A DNA stretch of 64,000 nucleotides from Bugula neritina (lineage: Eukaryota > Animalia > Bryozoa): contig OZ037766.1 of the NCBI GenBank assembly GCA_964035545.1, positions 15,242,722-15,306,721 on the forward strand. The letters run 5' to 3'. The position numbers were made by a program, and so were the translations under genes. Under the pieces are notes generated by a model. It saw nothing but the letters and a program-made list of their open reading frames with translations. It ran no database searches and had not been told where the DNA came from. Positions within the stretch are counted from its first letter, which is position 1, and every line of letters begins with the position of its first letter. Below, one piece after another: positions 1 through 12,700 of this stretch.

Positions 1-2920
1 TGTTAGACCAAGAGAGGTGTATGCTGTATTGAATGCTGTGAGAGCAAGTTGAAGTTCCTCCTCGGAATGAGCCATGATCATGTTATCATCAGCATACTGC
101 AGTTCATGGATAGCCTCGGTAGCTGTCTTCGTCTTAGCTCTGAGACGTCTGACATTGAAAATATCATTAAATCTATATCTGATCCTTATTCCAGATGGCA
201 TACATCCACTCACTAGTTGAAGCACAGCAGTGAGGAAAATCGAGAACAATGTAGGTGCTATCACACATCCCTGTTTTACTCCTGTGTTCACAGGAAACTC
301 CTTAGAGTGGTCTCAATCAACTAATACTGATGCCTTCATGTCATCATGTAAGATGCGAATAATGGTAACTAATTTGTCGGGGCATCCAATCTTGCCTAGC
401 ACTTTCCACAGCGTTGGTCTGTGAACTGTGTCAAAGGCTTTCTTTAGATCGATGAATGCCATAAACAGATCATGGTGCTGCTCTAGGCACTTTTCTTGAA
501 TCTGCCGAGCAGCAAAAATCATATCCACAGTTCCTCGGTAAGGTCTGAAGCCACATTGGCTCTCTGGTAGGCATCTCTCTGTCAATTGGCCAAGTCTAAA
601 ACTAACTATTCTCGTCAGAAGCTTTCCGGCAATGAATAGCAGAGAGATACCCCTATAGTTTCCACAATCGGCTCTGTTACCCTTCTTGTAAAGAGTTACA
701 ATATTAGCATCCTTCGGATCAGGATGAAGTGATTCTTTTTCCCAAATCAGCTGAAAGAGTTCCAGCAATTTTCTGTTCAGTTCTAGCCCACCACCTTTAA
801 AAATCTCTCCAGGTATTCCATCCGGTCCGGCAGCTTTTCCTGACTTAGTCATGGATAATGCTTTCTCAAGTTCGTCAATCGTTGGGGGTTCGGCTAGGTG
901 GGTCAGTATTGACAGTTGTGGCAGACATTCTAAGGTCTTCTCATCCACCATAGTGTCTTGGTTAAGCAGCTCTGAGAAATGTTCAGCCCATCTGCCCTTG
1001 ATCTCATCTTTCTCCTTATGTATTGTGGAACCATTTTTGGAAGCTATTGACATCCTCCGAAAATTGGGCCATACAATCTCTTCGTAGCGGAAAAGAACTC
1101 TTTGCTACTGTTTGTCTCAGCAAGTCTCTGAAGTTCCTCAGATTTTCGGATCCACCAGTCATTTTTTATTGTCCTTATTCTCGCCTGTACTTTCCCTCTC
1201 ATTTTATGATAATGCTCCCTTTTTTCCACATTTCTATAGTCTTGGTGCCATAAGCTGAAGGCATGGCGTCTCTCCCTCATGAGCTCGTTTATTTCTTGTT
1301 CGTTGTCATCAAACCAATCTTCATGTTTTCGTTCTGGTTTACCCAGGGTTGAGTGGCATGTTTTCAAGATCGAATCTCTCAGAGCTTCCCAGCTGCCATG
1401 AGTAGAATTTATGTCAATATCTTGGATATTCTCTGTGAGCTCACTTTGGAAGCTCTGCTTTATTTCTGGCTGGTTGAGCAGCGAGATTTATTTTTGCCTG
1501 CTTTCTTTTCCTGTTCATTTGTTTTGGATGAATACATATGTTCATCTTTGCCAGAATCAGTCGATGGTCTGTCCAGCAAGCATTAGATAGGTCCATAGCT
1601 CGGGTTATACGCACATCCTGCACATCCCGTTGTTTGACAATGATGTAGTCGATAAGGTGCCAGTGGCCAGATCTGGGATGTCTCCATGAGGTCTTGCGTC
1701 GGTCTTTCTGTCTAAAAAGAGTGTTTGTGATTGCCAAGGAGTGTTCAGCACGTTTGGTGAGCAGCATTTCCCCATTGCTATTTAGCTTCCCAATCCCATT
1801 TTTACCAATTATCTTTTTCCACACATGGTGATCTTTTCCAACCCGAGCATTAAAATCTCCAAGGACCATGATTTTCGCACTCTTGGGGATCCCTGATAGA
1901 ACCATATCTAGATTGGAGTAGAACTGCTCCTTTTCCTGATGATCAGCAAGCAATGTCGGCGCATATGCTGAGATCAATGTTGCTTTCCTGTTGCGGCGTA
2001 GATTTAGTTGGAGAGTCATCATCCTGTCGTTGATTCCCACTGGTAGCTGGTCGAGTTTCCTCACAACCTCATTCTTGATAGCGAAACCAACCCCATGAAC
2101 TCTCTGTTCATCGGCTGGTTTCCCTCTCCAGAAAAAAGTGTACCTACCACCAATTTCCATGAGCTGCCCTTCATCAGCTAAGCGAGTTTCCTGAAGGGCT
2201 GCTATGTCTACATTTAGTCTTCTGAGTTCACGAGCTATGAAAGCCGTTCTTCTCTCAGGTCTGTTTGATTTATCATTGTCCATCATTGTCCGTACATTCC
2301 AGGTTGCTATGTTCATTTGTATTTTCTGACCGCAAAAAGGTGAACCCGCTGGACGCGGTAATCCAGCCAGGTTGAGTTGGGAGCAGACTATGTTTGGGGC
2401 ACCTTTTCTAGCCCTCTCCTCTGATTGAGGTGAGCAGAGTGGGTCCTAAAAAGGACTGCTCAGTCATAGAGATCACTACCGAACAACCATACTGCTCCCT
2501 GTCCTAAGTTGAGCGACTGATAAATCTCTACCGCCTACGTGCTGGTTTGTAACTGGAAACTTCCAGGCTTCACTTCCCTGTTCCCGTCGCTACGCCCCAA
2601 TCGCCGCAGGGCTTGAGGAGGGTTGCAAGCAGAAGCTGTGCGTGGTATAGAGCATTGTCGCACGAAACGATACTCTGTAAGCTTGGCTAGGCATGTATGG
2701 ATCCAGTGGCAAGGGAGCCTCGACGACTGGAAAACATGCCTAGTTGCAGTGAATGGCCGTTGATTCATGGAATTCATTTGCCCTTTCAGTTTCCTGACGA
2801 GTGTTCACAGACCCGTTGCGTTTGTATAGGGACCACCTCCCATAGCCTTTGTGTTTATTTGAAACACATACCGCAAGGCAGCGGGTGTACACTGGTTTAG
2901 TCGCCAGCGGCTCGACCATG
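1..2920 (-). mobile_element. RTE-clade non-LTR retrotransposon (APE endonuclease + RT), frameshifted, 3' part outside window; intronic in gene B, sense orientation
   Basis: ORF 1441..2316 has APE motifs (ATWNVRT, ALQETR, GDFNAR, IDYI, TDH). ORFs 1044..1367 and 313..1053 carry linker and RT (GKAAGPDGIP, NYRGISLL, QCGFR, FIDLKKAFD). QYADD at ~88-102. Single ORF broken by several frameshifts. GC-richer 5' UTR 2317-~2920; 5' boundary approximate. Confidence 0.92.
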
Positions 2921-3202
2921 AAACGGAATAAAAGCTAAACAATAATTACAATACTTCGGCATTAGAAAGCTACCCTAAGCTTAGCTATAATTGAAGGCAT
3001 TTAAAGTTACGCCAAGAGCTTAGTTATAATTACAGTATACAAAATGGTACGAAATATGTAATTATAATACTAAAGCACATAGTTACTAGAACTTTCCAGA
3101 ACATAGTGGTGACAACTCTCAAAATCCATTACAACAATATGAACCTAATATAGCAGTGATTTAGATTAATGGCCTATTCAATACCAGCTTATTTCTTCTT
3201 AC

Positions 3203-3776
3203 CAGAGAAAAGCAAGAAGCGACTAATTGGGTATCTGTAAGATGTCTCTCCAAGCCACTCATACTCATAATGTGACTCATCCCGGCTATCGAAAATGAGG
3301 TACTTGTACTGAACAGTTCGATGACTAATGAATGGCGCATGCCATGTGCCAGTCCATACATCATCAAGGCTACAGAAAAAATATTGTGTACTTGTATTTA
3401 ACAGCAGTTATTCTTTATTCAAACAAGAATCAAACTCATAATAATTTATTTTGAAGCAATATTTATCCAACAATTTATTCAAAAATTGGAAAATCTGTAT
3501 AAACTCAGTTGTTAAATAATACCAGAGTTGTGCTCCTGCTTAGAATACAAAAATAAATTTTGTTTTCCAGCTAATCAAACTAATTACTTACTTATAAAAA
3601 TTCTACACAGTAAAATGAGAATACTAGTTAATCTGTGAACTCACCCTTTATCCATGACTGCAATTGGCTGTGTAAAGTTATCTATACTGCATTTGATCTG
3701 AACCTCTGGCACCTCAAAAGTCTTGCATGCAGTGTTAGATAACACCATTTTAAAAGTTACAGGTATAAAGGCGCGC
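3203..3776 (-). CDS. Gene B CBM20-like domain exons (3645-3776, 3203-3369)
   Basis: VTF...W...YKY...EW...R pattern typical of the CBM20-like fold in the RNF213 N-arm; missed or mis-framed in the ORF track. Confidence 0.78.
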
Positions 3777-6700
3777 CTAAGCATATACATATACAGTTAT
3801 AACTCAATTTCAAATTTTAAAAATCTAGATAATCTTAGCAGTTCTAACAGTTTCAACAACAAATTTTAGTCTTTAAAATCAGCAGGGTGAATCAGCTTAC
3901 AAAAAGCTAAGAACAAAAGTGTCAAAATTATACATATACTAGCATCTGTGCTCTCTTAGCATGCAAAGTAGGCCTAGGCTAAAAAAGATATCCATTCTTT
4001 AAAAGTATGAGAAAATGCATAGCATATGATATTGAAAAACCAGCAAGGATTTAGATGAGTTTGCTTTGGTAGTAATTGATCTTGTTTCTGTCTAGATGCT
4101 AAAAACTTACAACTGGTGTGCTTGTGGCTGGAGAAGTATGGGGTTGACTTTTCCTGCATCCAGTTCAACAGTGATCAACTAAAATATAACTTATTACATT
4201 ATCTTATTACTCCAACACATAACTTAACTACATATTTCTATTCATATTAATATAATATTATTAGGCCACGCACAATACAGAATTTTAAGCCAAAACATGA
4301 TGAAATAAGAAAAATCCATTTGGTTTGGACAGCGTTAAAATTTAAAAAAAGCTGAAATAGAAAAACCTTAGTCGTATAATTATGAGAAAATAATATGTTA
4401 TCAGTGGCCTTCGAGCCCTCACAGGACCTACTGATTTTGTAGCTAAAATATTTATTGACTACTTTATTATCGCTACAAAATTTTAAAGCAATGGCGTTAT
4501 TTTTAAATGACGGTATTGTGATCAATTTTGAAAGATAACTACTAAAATATTCCAATTATAACTACTAATTATGTGTTTACAAAAATCAATAACTACCAAA
4601 ACAATAAACTTGGTACTAAGGACGAAGATTTCAACTAATCTATCACAAAACAAAGAAATGAACCAGCAATTATAAATCTGTTTTACTGATCAATGGTGCA
4701 TCATGAACAAAACATAAATGATTTCATCTATAAGCTAAGATGACCAACTATGGATGATATATTGTTTGGTGCAAACTCTATAATCATTAGCAAGCATTAC
4801 TTGCCTCTTTTACTCCACATTTTAGGAGTATTGGGTTCAATTTCTTAGCATAATTGTTGAAGTAATTCCTCAGCCCATTCCTAGATGAAATAACACTTTC
4901 GCTGTGACCAGCAGAATGCCAATTCTTTCTATTCTGCACATTAGCATTATGCTCGGCTAGCTTTTTTCGAGCTATCTTTGCCACAGAATTGATGAAACTT
5001 TCATCCTCATTAGAAATTAGCCTCTTTGTTGACTTTTCTAGGAGGGATCGTTTAGCAGCATCAACCTTGGTTTTCATGTCCTCAAAAGCAATGACAACAT
5101 CAACACCTTTGTTGTGAAAGCTTGTGCCTAAAAATTATCAACGCAAGAGAAAGATGGAACACCATTTTAAAAAATATGGCTCAATAAAAATTGTTTCAAT
5201 ATAAAATTTTATGAAATAAAAAGTTATCAAACACAAAAATAAGAGAGATAAAAAAATTACATCAAGATATATAAAAACTAGTCAGTCAACAAAATTCAAC
5301 CTCGGGGAAAGTAAATGGCGTTCTAGAATAATAAAGAAAAATAGCAAAGTACTAATTGTTTAGAAGAAAACTCGATAAAAATGCAATTAGTCATCTTCAC
5401 CACACAGTTTATTTGAACCCAACCGAGAGACAAGGCTGAACAGTTCTGTCGAAATAAATATTCCAATAATAGGTGAATTAAACAATATCAAAACCATAAC
5501 ACTCAAAACAACCATTTAGACGGTAACATTTAAATCCGTTCAATGGAAATGGCAAAAAAACATACAAAAGCATAACTGTTAGAAAGCAGTTGCTTATTCC
5601 ATAATAACTGGCAACAATAATAAAATTTCGATATTGTGCGCACCTGAATGTTTTCCCTCATCACTCCCAGTCTCCAAATTTTTGCCAGTTTGACTTCTAG
5701 TGTTGCTTGAAGGACCATCACCTACACAATATGTGAAATTATACCCGTCATTACAAGGATGCAAATAATTCACATTTGTATAATAAGACATCGTGTAAAC
5801 TTGAAAGTCTCACTTGCAGAAAATACAAATGTAAATTTTGAGTAGTCACAACCAGTTTTTTAAGATCAACATCAACATATACAAAAAAGTATCTTCAAGC
5901 TTAAGAGTTACTACCAACATTGCAAAAGAGTGGTTTGAAAACATGCTTACTCAGTGGAACAACTTTTTTACGACGTTTTTTATATGGTTTTGGATCTACA
6001 GATGATCCTTCGGGATCATTCTCTAAGTCATCATAGCTACTGTAATCCTCACTACTCTCATCCCTGCTCTCTAAAAAGAAAAACACCAGCCAAAATTACT
6101 TCAATATTGCATAACCATTGCTAATAATTCGCAAGGTGCAGATTTTACCAAGCTTATTGGGCACATCAAAGCCGTTACTATTATATTTGTATTATATCCA
6201 TGTTACCTGCTTCTTTGTCTGTTGCAGATTCAACCTGATCATTTGTAGGTATGACTTGACTCATAAGTCCTATAGATATAAAATGAGCATTTTTAGTAAA
6301 GTTTGCTAGAAAAGTAATTACTGTAAAAATCAAGCTGCATTGAAGAAACTTATTCGAGTACTCTCATGTGGTTTAGCTTATTTTATTCCCAAAACTATGC
6401 CACTATGATAACAAAAAATTTGCCATTATCAAATAAATTTGCTGAATGACCATAAAATAACATCAAATGTTACACTTTCTATGCTTTTAAAGTAAAAGAC
6501 TATCAAATAATTACCTTCCTGCTTACTATCTTTTCCAAAAATTGGCTTCTCTTCCAGCCGCTGAGGTCCATGGCACGAAATGCCGGGAACATTCAGTTGG
6601 TGAGAATCGTTTCTGGCACCCTTATCTTCAACAGATTTGTTATCAGGTGCATGAGTTCCTTGCTTGTGATCTTTTTCTATTCCTGCATGCTTTACATCAT

Positions 6701-9700
6701 GATGGGATGTATTCACACGCACAGCAGCTCTTGGAATGTAATTATGCTGATTCTCTGGATAATTTGTCTGATGGACATCCCCGTGAAGCTCTTCAAGTGA
6801 GTGTTGTTGAAGGGGGCCATGAAGTTGAAGTAACTGAGCATCATGACCTGTGTCAGCCTGTCGTTGTTCTACACCCGAGTTATTTCTTTCATTAGATGTT
6901 TCAGTGTGAGGCCAATCATTGATACCCATAATAGAATCATGTGTCTTGGCAGCTGATTTTATTTGTTGCATTTTACGAAGATGGTCTGGGGACTCATCTT
7001 GTCTAGGAACTGCATCTTGAGAACGCAGTTCATCTGCCCTAGAATCAGGTTGTCCAGGATACCCTGAGGCTGCGCCAGGTTGTCCAGGATACCCTGAGGC
7101 TGTGCCAGGTTGTCCAGAATAATCAGGGGCTGTGCCAGGTTGTCCAGAATACCCCGAGGCTGTGCCAGGTTGTCCGGAATAATCGGGGGCTGTGCCAGGT
7201 TGTCCAGAATATTCTCGGGCTGTGCCAGGTTGTCCGGAATAATCGGGGGCTCTGCCAGGTTTTCCAACATAATCTGGAGCTGTGCTGGGTTGTTTGGAAT
7301 AATCAGGGGCTGTGCCAGGTTGTCTGGAATAATCAGGGGCTGTGCTGGGTTGTTTGGAATAATCAGAGGCTGTGCCGGGTTTTCCAATATAATCTGGAGC
7401 TGTGCCAGGTTGTCCGGAATATTCTCGGGGTGTGTCAGACTGTTCAGAATACTTTTGGAATGGGCCAGGTTGTCCAGGATAGAAAGGAGGTTGTGGAGGT
7501 TGTCTGAAGTCATTTAGATTTGGCTCTATTTGTCCAGGATAGTTATGAACAAGATCAGCCTGTCTAGGGTAGTGTGAATCAGAACCACCATGATGTTCAT
7601 GATGCTGCTGAGTAGCACAGTCTTCTTTGCCATCAGAAAATGAAGAAGTTTGAGATGTTCTTAAATGTCCAGGCTGTTCTATGTTATGAAAGAAAGCATG
7701 CTCTTCATGGCCAGTCTTCGCTTTTGTTGATCGTGGCAAACTTTCAGGTGGCAATGAAGGCATGGAAAAACTCAAATCTAAGCTATGGGGTGGTTCAGAA
7801 GTGCCAGGAAATGTCTTGCTAAGCCAAGCTTGACCTGGCTTTGCCTTACCATCACCATCAGCATCAACTTCCTTTTGAGCAGAAACCAAAGAATCAGAAA
7901 TATTGCTTTGGTTATTCTCCTCCCCGGGTCCTCTAAGTTCATGCTCAGGGAAAGGATTCACCTTAGAATAGAATGAATGCTCTCCAGCAGGCAGACTGGA
8001 AGCCCCTTCAGAATGAGAAGGAAGGAGAACAATGGCATTAGACTCGCTGTCAGCTTCTGTCTTTGGTGATTTTGTAGCCAACTCATCGGCATCTGTGAAT
8101 TGCAAAACAAATCTCTAAGCAGTGTACTAAAGTAAAAGTATGTGAATGACCATCTGACACTCCCACAAGGCAAGATGACGCAGATTCAGTATACTATGCA
8201 AGAGTGATCTTCACTTTAATGTAAAGAGAGGGTGACTTCTGCTGTCCGCTATGAATTGTGAGCCTATTTAAATGTACTTATGAGAAGGGAACAAAAAATT
8301 TAAGAGTTTAAAAGATGTGTTCATTCCGATTAGGTGTTATGAACTTTTGTAAAATAATATTCTTCAGGTATTGTTTTACAAGTTTCAGTTGTTAATATAT
8401 TGAAGCATAAACTTTATGTTCTTGGCTAAGGAAGTAAAGACTCTAATAATGAAGAGTACTATAGAATAGGCTGAATTATCAAATACACAATAAATAAGTA
8501 TCACATACAGTTATAATAATTTAATGTAGTCTTGAATACTATTTTGCTACGTTTCCAAGCTTCATGCAAAACGGAACCACAAATTCATGTATTCCAGAGC
8601 ATCTAATCGCATAATGCAAAGTAATGTAAACAAAGTGATTGTTTATTGAAAGACTGTAGCTGGGATTGACATGCATTACATATAAAAAGTGGAGTTACGA
8701 TTCATACCTTCTCCAGGCTGTAGAGACCTCTTGGGGCGTGATGGATGTCCAGTATTAGCCTGGTTTTCTCTGTAATCAATCATATACAATGTCTGATGAA
8801 CTTTTATACAACAAGAAAACGGTGCACTAACACATAGTAGCAATGTAAAGTTGTAATAATATAAGCTATCATTCAGCAGCATAGCATATGCATTTGTAAA
8901 ATGTCTTCACAGACTCCTCCCTAGTCCCGAAAAAGTAATACTAGTGAACCAACAATTTTCATAAAACTTAAGCAAAATATTAGACCAATGAATGAGTGCA
9001 AAGTTTTCTTTCTGAGGATTTAAGTAGTGGTGAAAGAGTATTGTAATAGTGAAGTTACTCTGGTGATGTCATACATGAGTAGCTGAATTCGAATATAATG
9101 TTAAAGGTAGACAATGTTGGTAGGTTTTTCACAAGTCAAATAGAAGTAGCTTTCTAGATTACTTGTTTAACTAAAATGGAATAGCTAGGAAGACCAGGTA
9201 AACATGTTTAATCTGTAACAATAGAAACATGAAACTAGACAAGGTTAAAGTTTTATTTCTTATGAACCAATATGCCATGCTCTCAGAGATGTACGAGTGT
9301 ATCATCAGAACAGCGAAAACCAGAAAAACAACGTTCACTGGGATCCTATCAGAACTCACCTGTCCCCAACCATAACCCATGAATCTGACATGTCCTGAGT
9401 ACTATCTGTAGAAAGTGGACCTTCAGCAACAGGAAGTCCATCACTAGTGGGCGGGCCTTCAGCAACAGGAAGTCGATCACTAGTGGGCGGTCCTTCAGCA
9501 ACAGGAAGTCCAGCACTAGTGGGTGAGCCTTCTTCATCAGGTGAGTTTGTATCAGCAGGCAGCTCTCCATCAGCAGGTAAGCTAATGCTAGTAGGTGAAC
9601 CAACACCAGAAGTGGGTGAATCAGGTGGATAATTAGAACCAGGTTGGTCACCACTGTTGTCAACAGGTTCAACAGGCTGGGCGCCAGTGCTTGACTCTCC

Positions 9701-12700
9701 AGATGATCCACCTTGGGTTTCCTCGACTGAAATACATCAAGACATTTGGTAGTTCATCAATACATGTAAAGCAAATGCAGTTTTACAATGAAATCGGTCT
9801 GCTGCTATACACTGTGAATGCAATAGCACAAAGCTATGTTATGGTTTAGTCATTTCAACTTGAACTAAAGTGAAACTGCTGTACATGGAAACTTCCAAGT
9901 GTACTTAACATTATATAAACACTTTATCTTTTATCAAAGCTATATCTATTGAGATGGTGACATTCATAGTGATAATGGAATGCAACTTAAAAATAAGATA
10001 ACATGAATATTACAAAGGTTGATGGGAGGAGGTGAAGCAGTAAAAGAGAAATTGGGAAAAACTTTTATCCAGCCATTACAGTGAGGGCAAAGTTGCAAAC
10101 ATGCCAGATAGTTTACAGAAATATGCAGGATGCATAATTCTTGTAAACCCATTGAAATGACTTTCATTGCTATGTATCGTAATACTATGGTATTAATTTC
10201 AGGAAATGCTACATCTTGTTTCTTCGCAAGAAATTAAGGAGTGAGGGTGTGAAAGAGAGGCAGAATCATAACCTGATACTATGTGATGTTGAACTGATCA
10301 TAGTATAATACATTTATACAGTCTTGTATGTTCCAAGCTATGTTGGCAATAACCAAGAAATTTCAATCTAGCCTGAAATTGTTAATCTAATATAATGTCT
10401 AGTTTGAGACATAGTAAGAAATGTCGAAATTTGCATAACTTCAAAAGAGTTTCTGTTACAACACAGGCTATTTGAGATTCCGTTAATGCTATATCTATTC
10501 ACCAAGCTATAACAACACAGTATTCTCAGAGACTGTGACACTCAACAAATGAGATGATATATTTCTAATCTATTTCTAATCAACTGCATAAACATCACTT
10601 TATTACCTTCTCCTGTTAGACCATCTACTTGCTGAAGTTGTGATAGAGGAGACTGTGTGATATCACTTCCTGCTTTCAATGATGAAATTGATTGAGCTCT
10701 GTTAGCACTTACAGCTCCACCACTAAAATAAATAGCAGTTTATTAAAAAATAAAATAATAAAAGCAACAAATTCGAACGTTACAGTTCATACATAAATAC
10801 ATTTGCAGAATAGTTGCTGTAGCTTTACTTGTGAGTCTGTTAGGCGATAATAGCAATCACAGCTGCTTAAAATGGATCTTCTAAAACAGTAGTGAAAGTA
10901 TAATAAAACCAGAAGCAATATTGTTCACTTATTCACTCACTGAGTAGTGTGTGCTTGCTGGTGCTGAAAGGGTGTGACTGGTTTAGCTGGAGACCCAGGT
11001 GATGTCATAGTGTCGTAGCTAGAGATGTTAGCCACACCACCTGTAGAAGGTAGGCTGGCATTGGTAACCATACTATCCAGCATGCTGTCTGACATGCTCT
11101 GATCTACAGTCATCCCTGTGAACATTAAATAACATTTGCAGTAAATTTTATGCTACACAAGATAAACAGGTCATAGGTCGTAACTTAATAAGTAATGTTA
11201 GCCTGTTCAGTGAGTACTTTGAATTAAACACAAATTTTCAACAACAAAAACATCCCTGTTCAGAAATAATTCTTTTGAAAACCCAAAGTCTAAGAGCTAT
11301 ACATTGTATGCTTATAGCTCGTATGACTAATTATATAGCTAGCTGCATATTTGCCAAGTGTTGTAGGTTATTTTCAAAAATTGGATGCCGTTTCATAAAG
11401 GAAAATATGACAAGCAGTATTTAGGACTCCTGGCAATTTTTACAACAGCTGACGGCCAACATTTTCAAGGTTTGTACAATATAGAAGCAATTAGAGAAAA
11501 TGAAGAATGGTAAGGCTGCTGGACCCGATGAGTTCTCGCTGGAGATAGTGAAGAAGCTTGGAGACCTTGGCCTTGACTGGATTACAGCGGTACTAAGGGA
11601 GGTGCAGGATGAAGGTATACCAGAAGAATTAAGGAGAAGCAAGATAACACCAATATACAAACAGAAGGGGGACCCCTTGGGCTGCGGTAATTACAGAGGG
11701 CTCAAACTGCTGAGCCACTGTCTCAAGCTAAGGGAGAGGGTAGTGAGGAATAGGATTAGAGACTTGGTAAAAATATCGGACAGGCAATATGGATTCCAAC
11801 CTGGAAAGTCAACAGTAAAACCAATGTTCTGCCTCCGGATGTTACAGGAGAAGATGAGAGAATATCAAACAGACATTCACATGGCATTCGTTGATCTAGA
11901 AAAAGCGTACGATACGGTGCCACGAGACCTCATATGGTACTGTTTAAGAAAGAAAGATGGTACCAGAGCATTATGTTAGGATTATCCGGGATATACACAA
12001 GAACTGCACTACATCAGTTACAACTAGTGAAGGAGCAACAGAAGAGATAGACATCGAAGTGGGGTTGCACCAGGGATCTGCGTTGAGTACTTTTCTGTTT
12101 ATAGTCATATTGGATGTAATCTCAGAAGAAATAGACGAGGAAACAGCGTGGGCAATGCTCTTTGCAGATGACCTAGTTATTTGCGATAGAGAGGGAGGGC
12201 GGGTAGAAGAGAGATTAGAGACATGACATGGACATCTAGAGGACGCAGGTCTCAAGGTGAGCCAGAAGTAAACTGAGCATCTTCCACCAAAAGAAAGCAC
12301 CATCAGGATCAGAATGAAGAGATATGACCAAGAAGATTACACTGAGCTACCAACAACAAACAAGTTCAAGTATTTAGAGACGGTAATAGATCAGGATGGA
12401 GGCTGTGAGGCAGAAGTCACAAAGAAGAATAAGTGCAGCGTGGGATAGCTGGAGGGACCTATCAGGAATTCTGTGTGATAACAAAGTGCCTAAGCAACTG
12501 AAGGTATTCCTCTACAAAACAATCATAAAACCAACACTGATGTATGGCAATGAAACATGGCCCATCACCCAGAGGCAAGAACAAAGAATAGAGGCAACAC
12601 ATACATGGAATAAATTGGGAGGATCATGTTAGGAATGAAGACATAAGGAGCGAAGCTAAGGTTAAGCCTGTGTCTAGGCATATAAGGAAGAGAAGACTTC

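Noticed and set aside
2320-2920. HDV-like ribozyme in the RTE 5' UTR
   Set aside because: Known in some RTEs, but I could not assemble the nested pseudoknot by eye; needs a covariance-model search.
6542-7822. Plus-strand and alternative-frame ORFs over the large exon
   Set aside because: Shadows of the 30-bp coding repeat and the real minus-strand exon.
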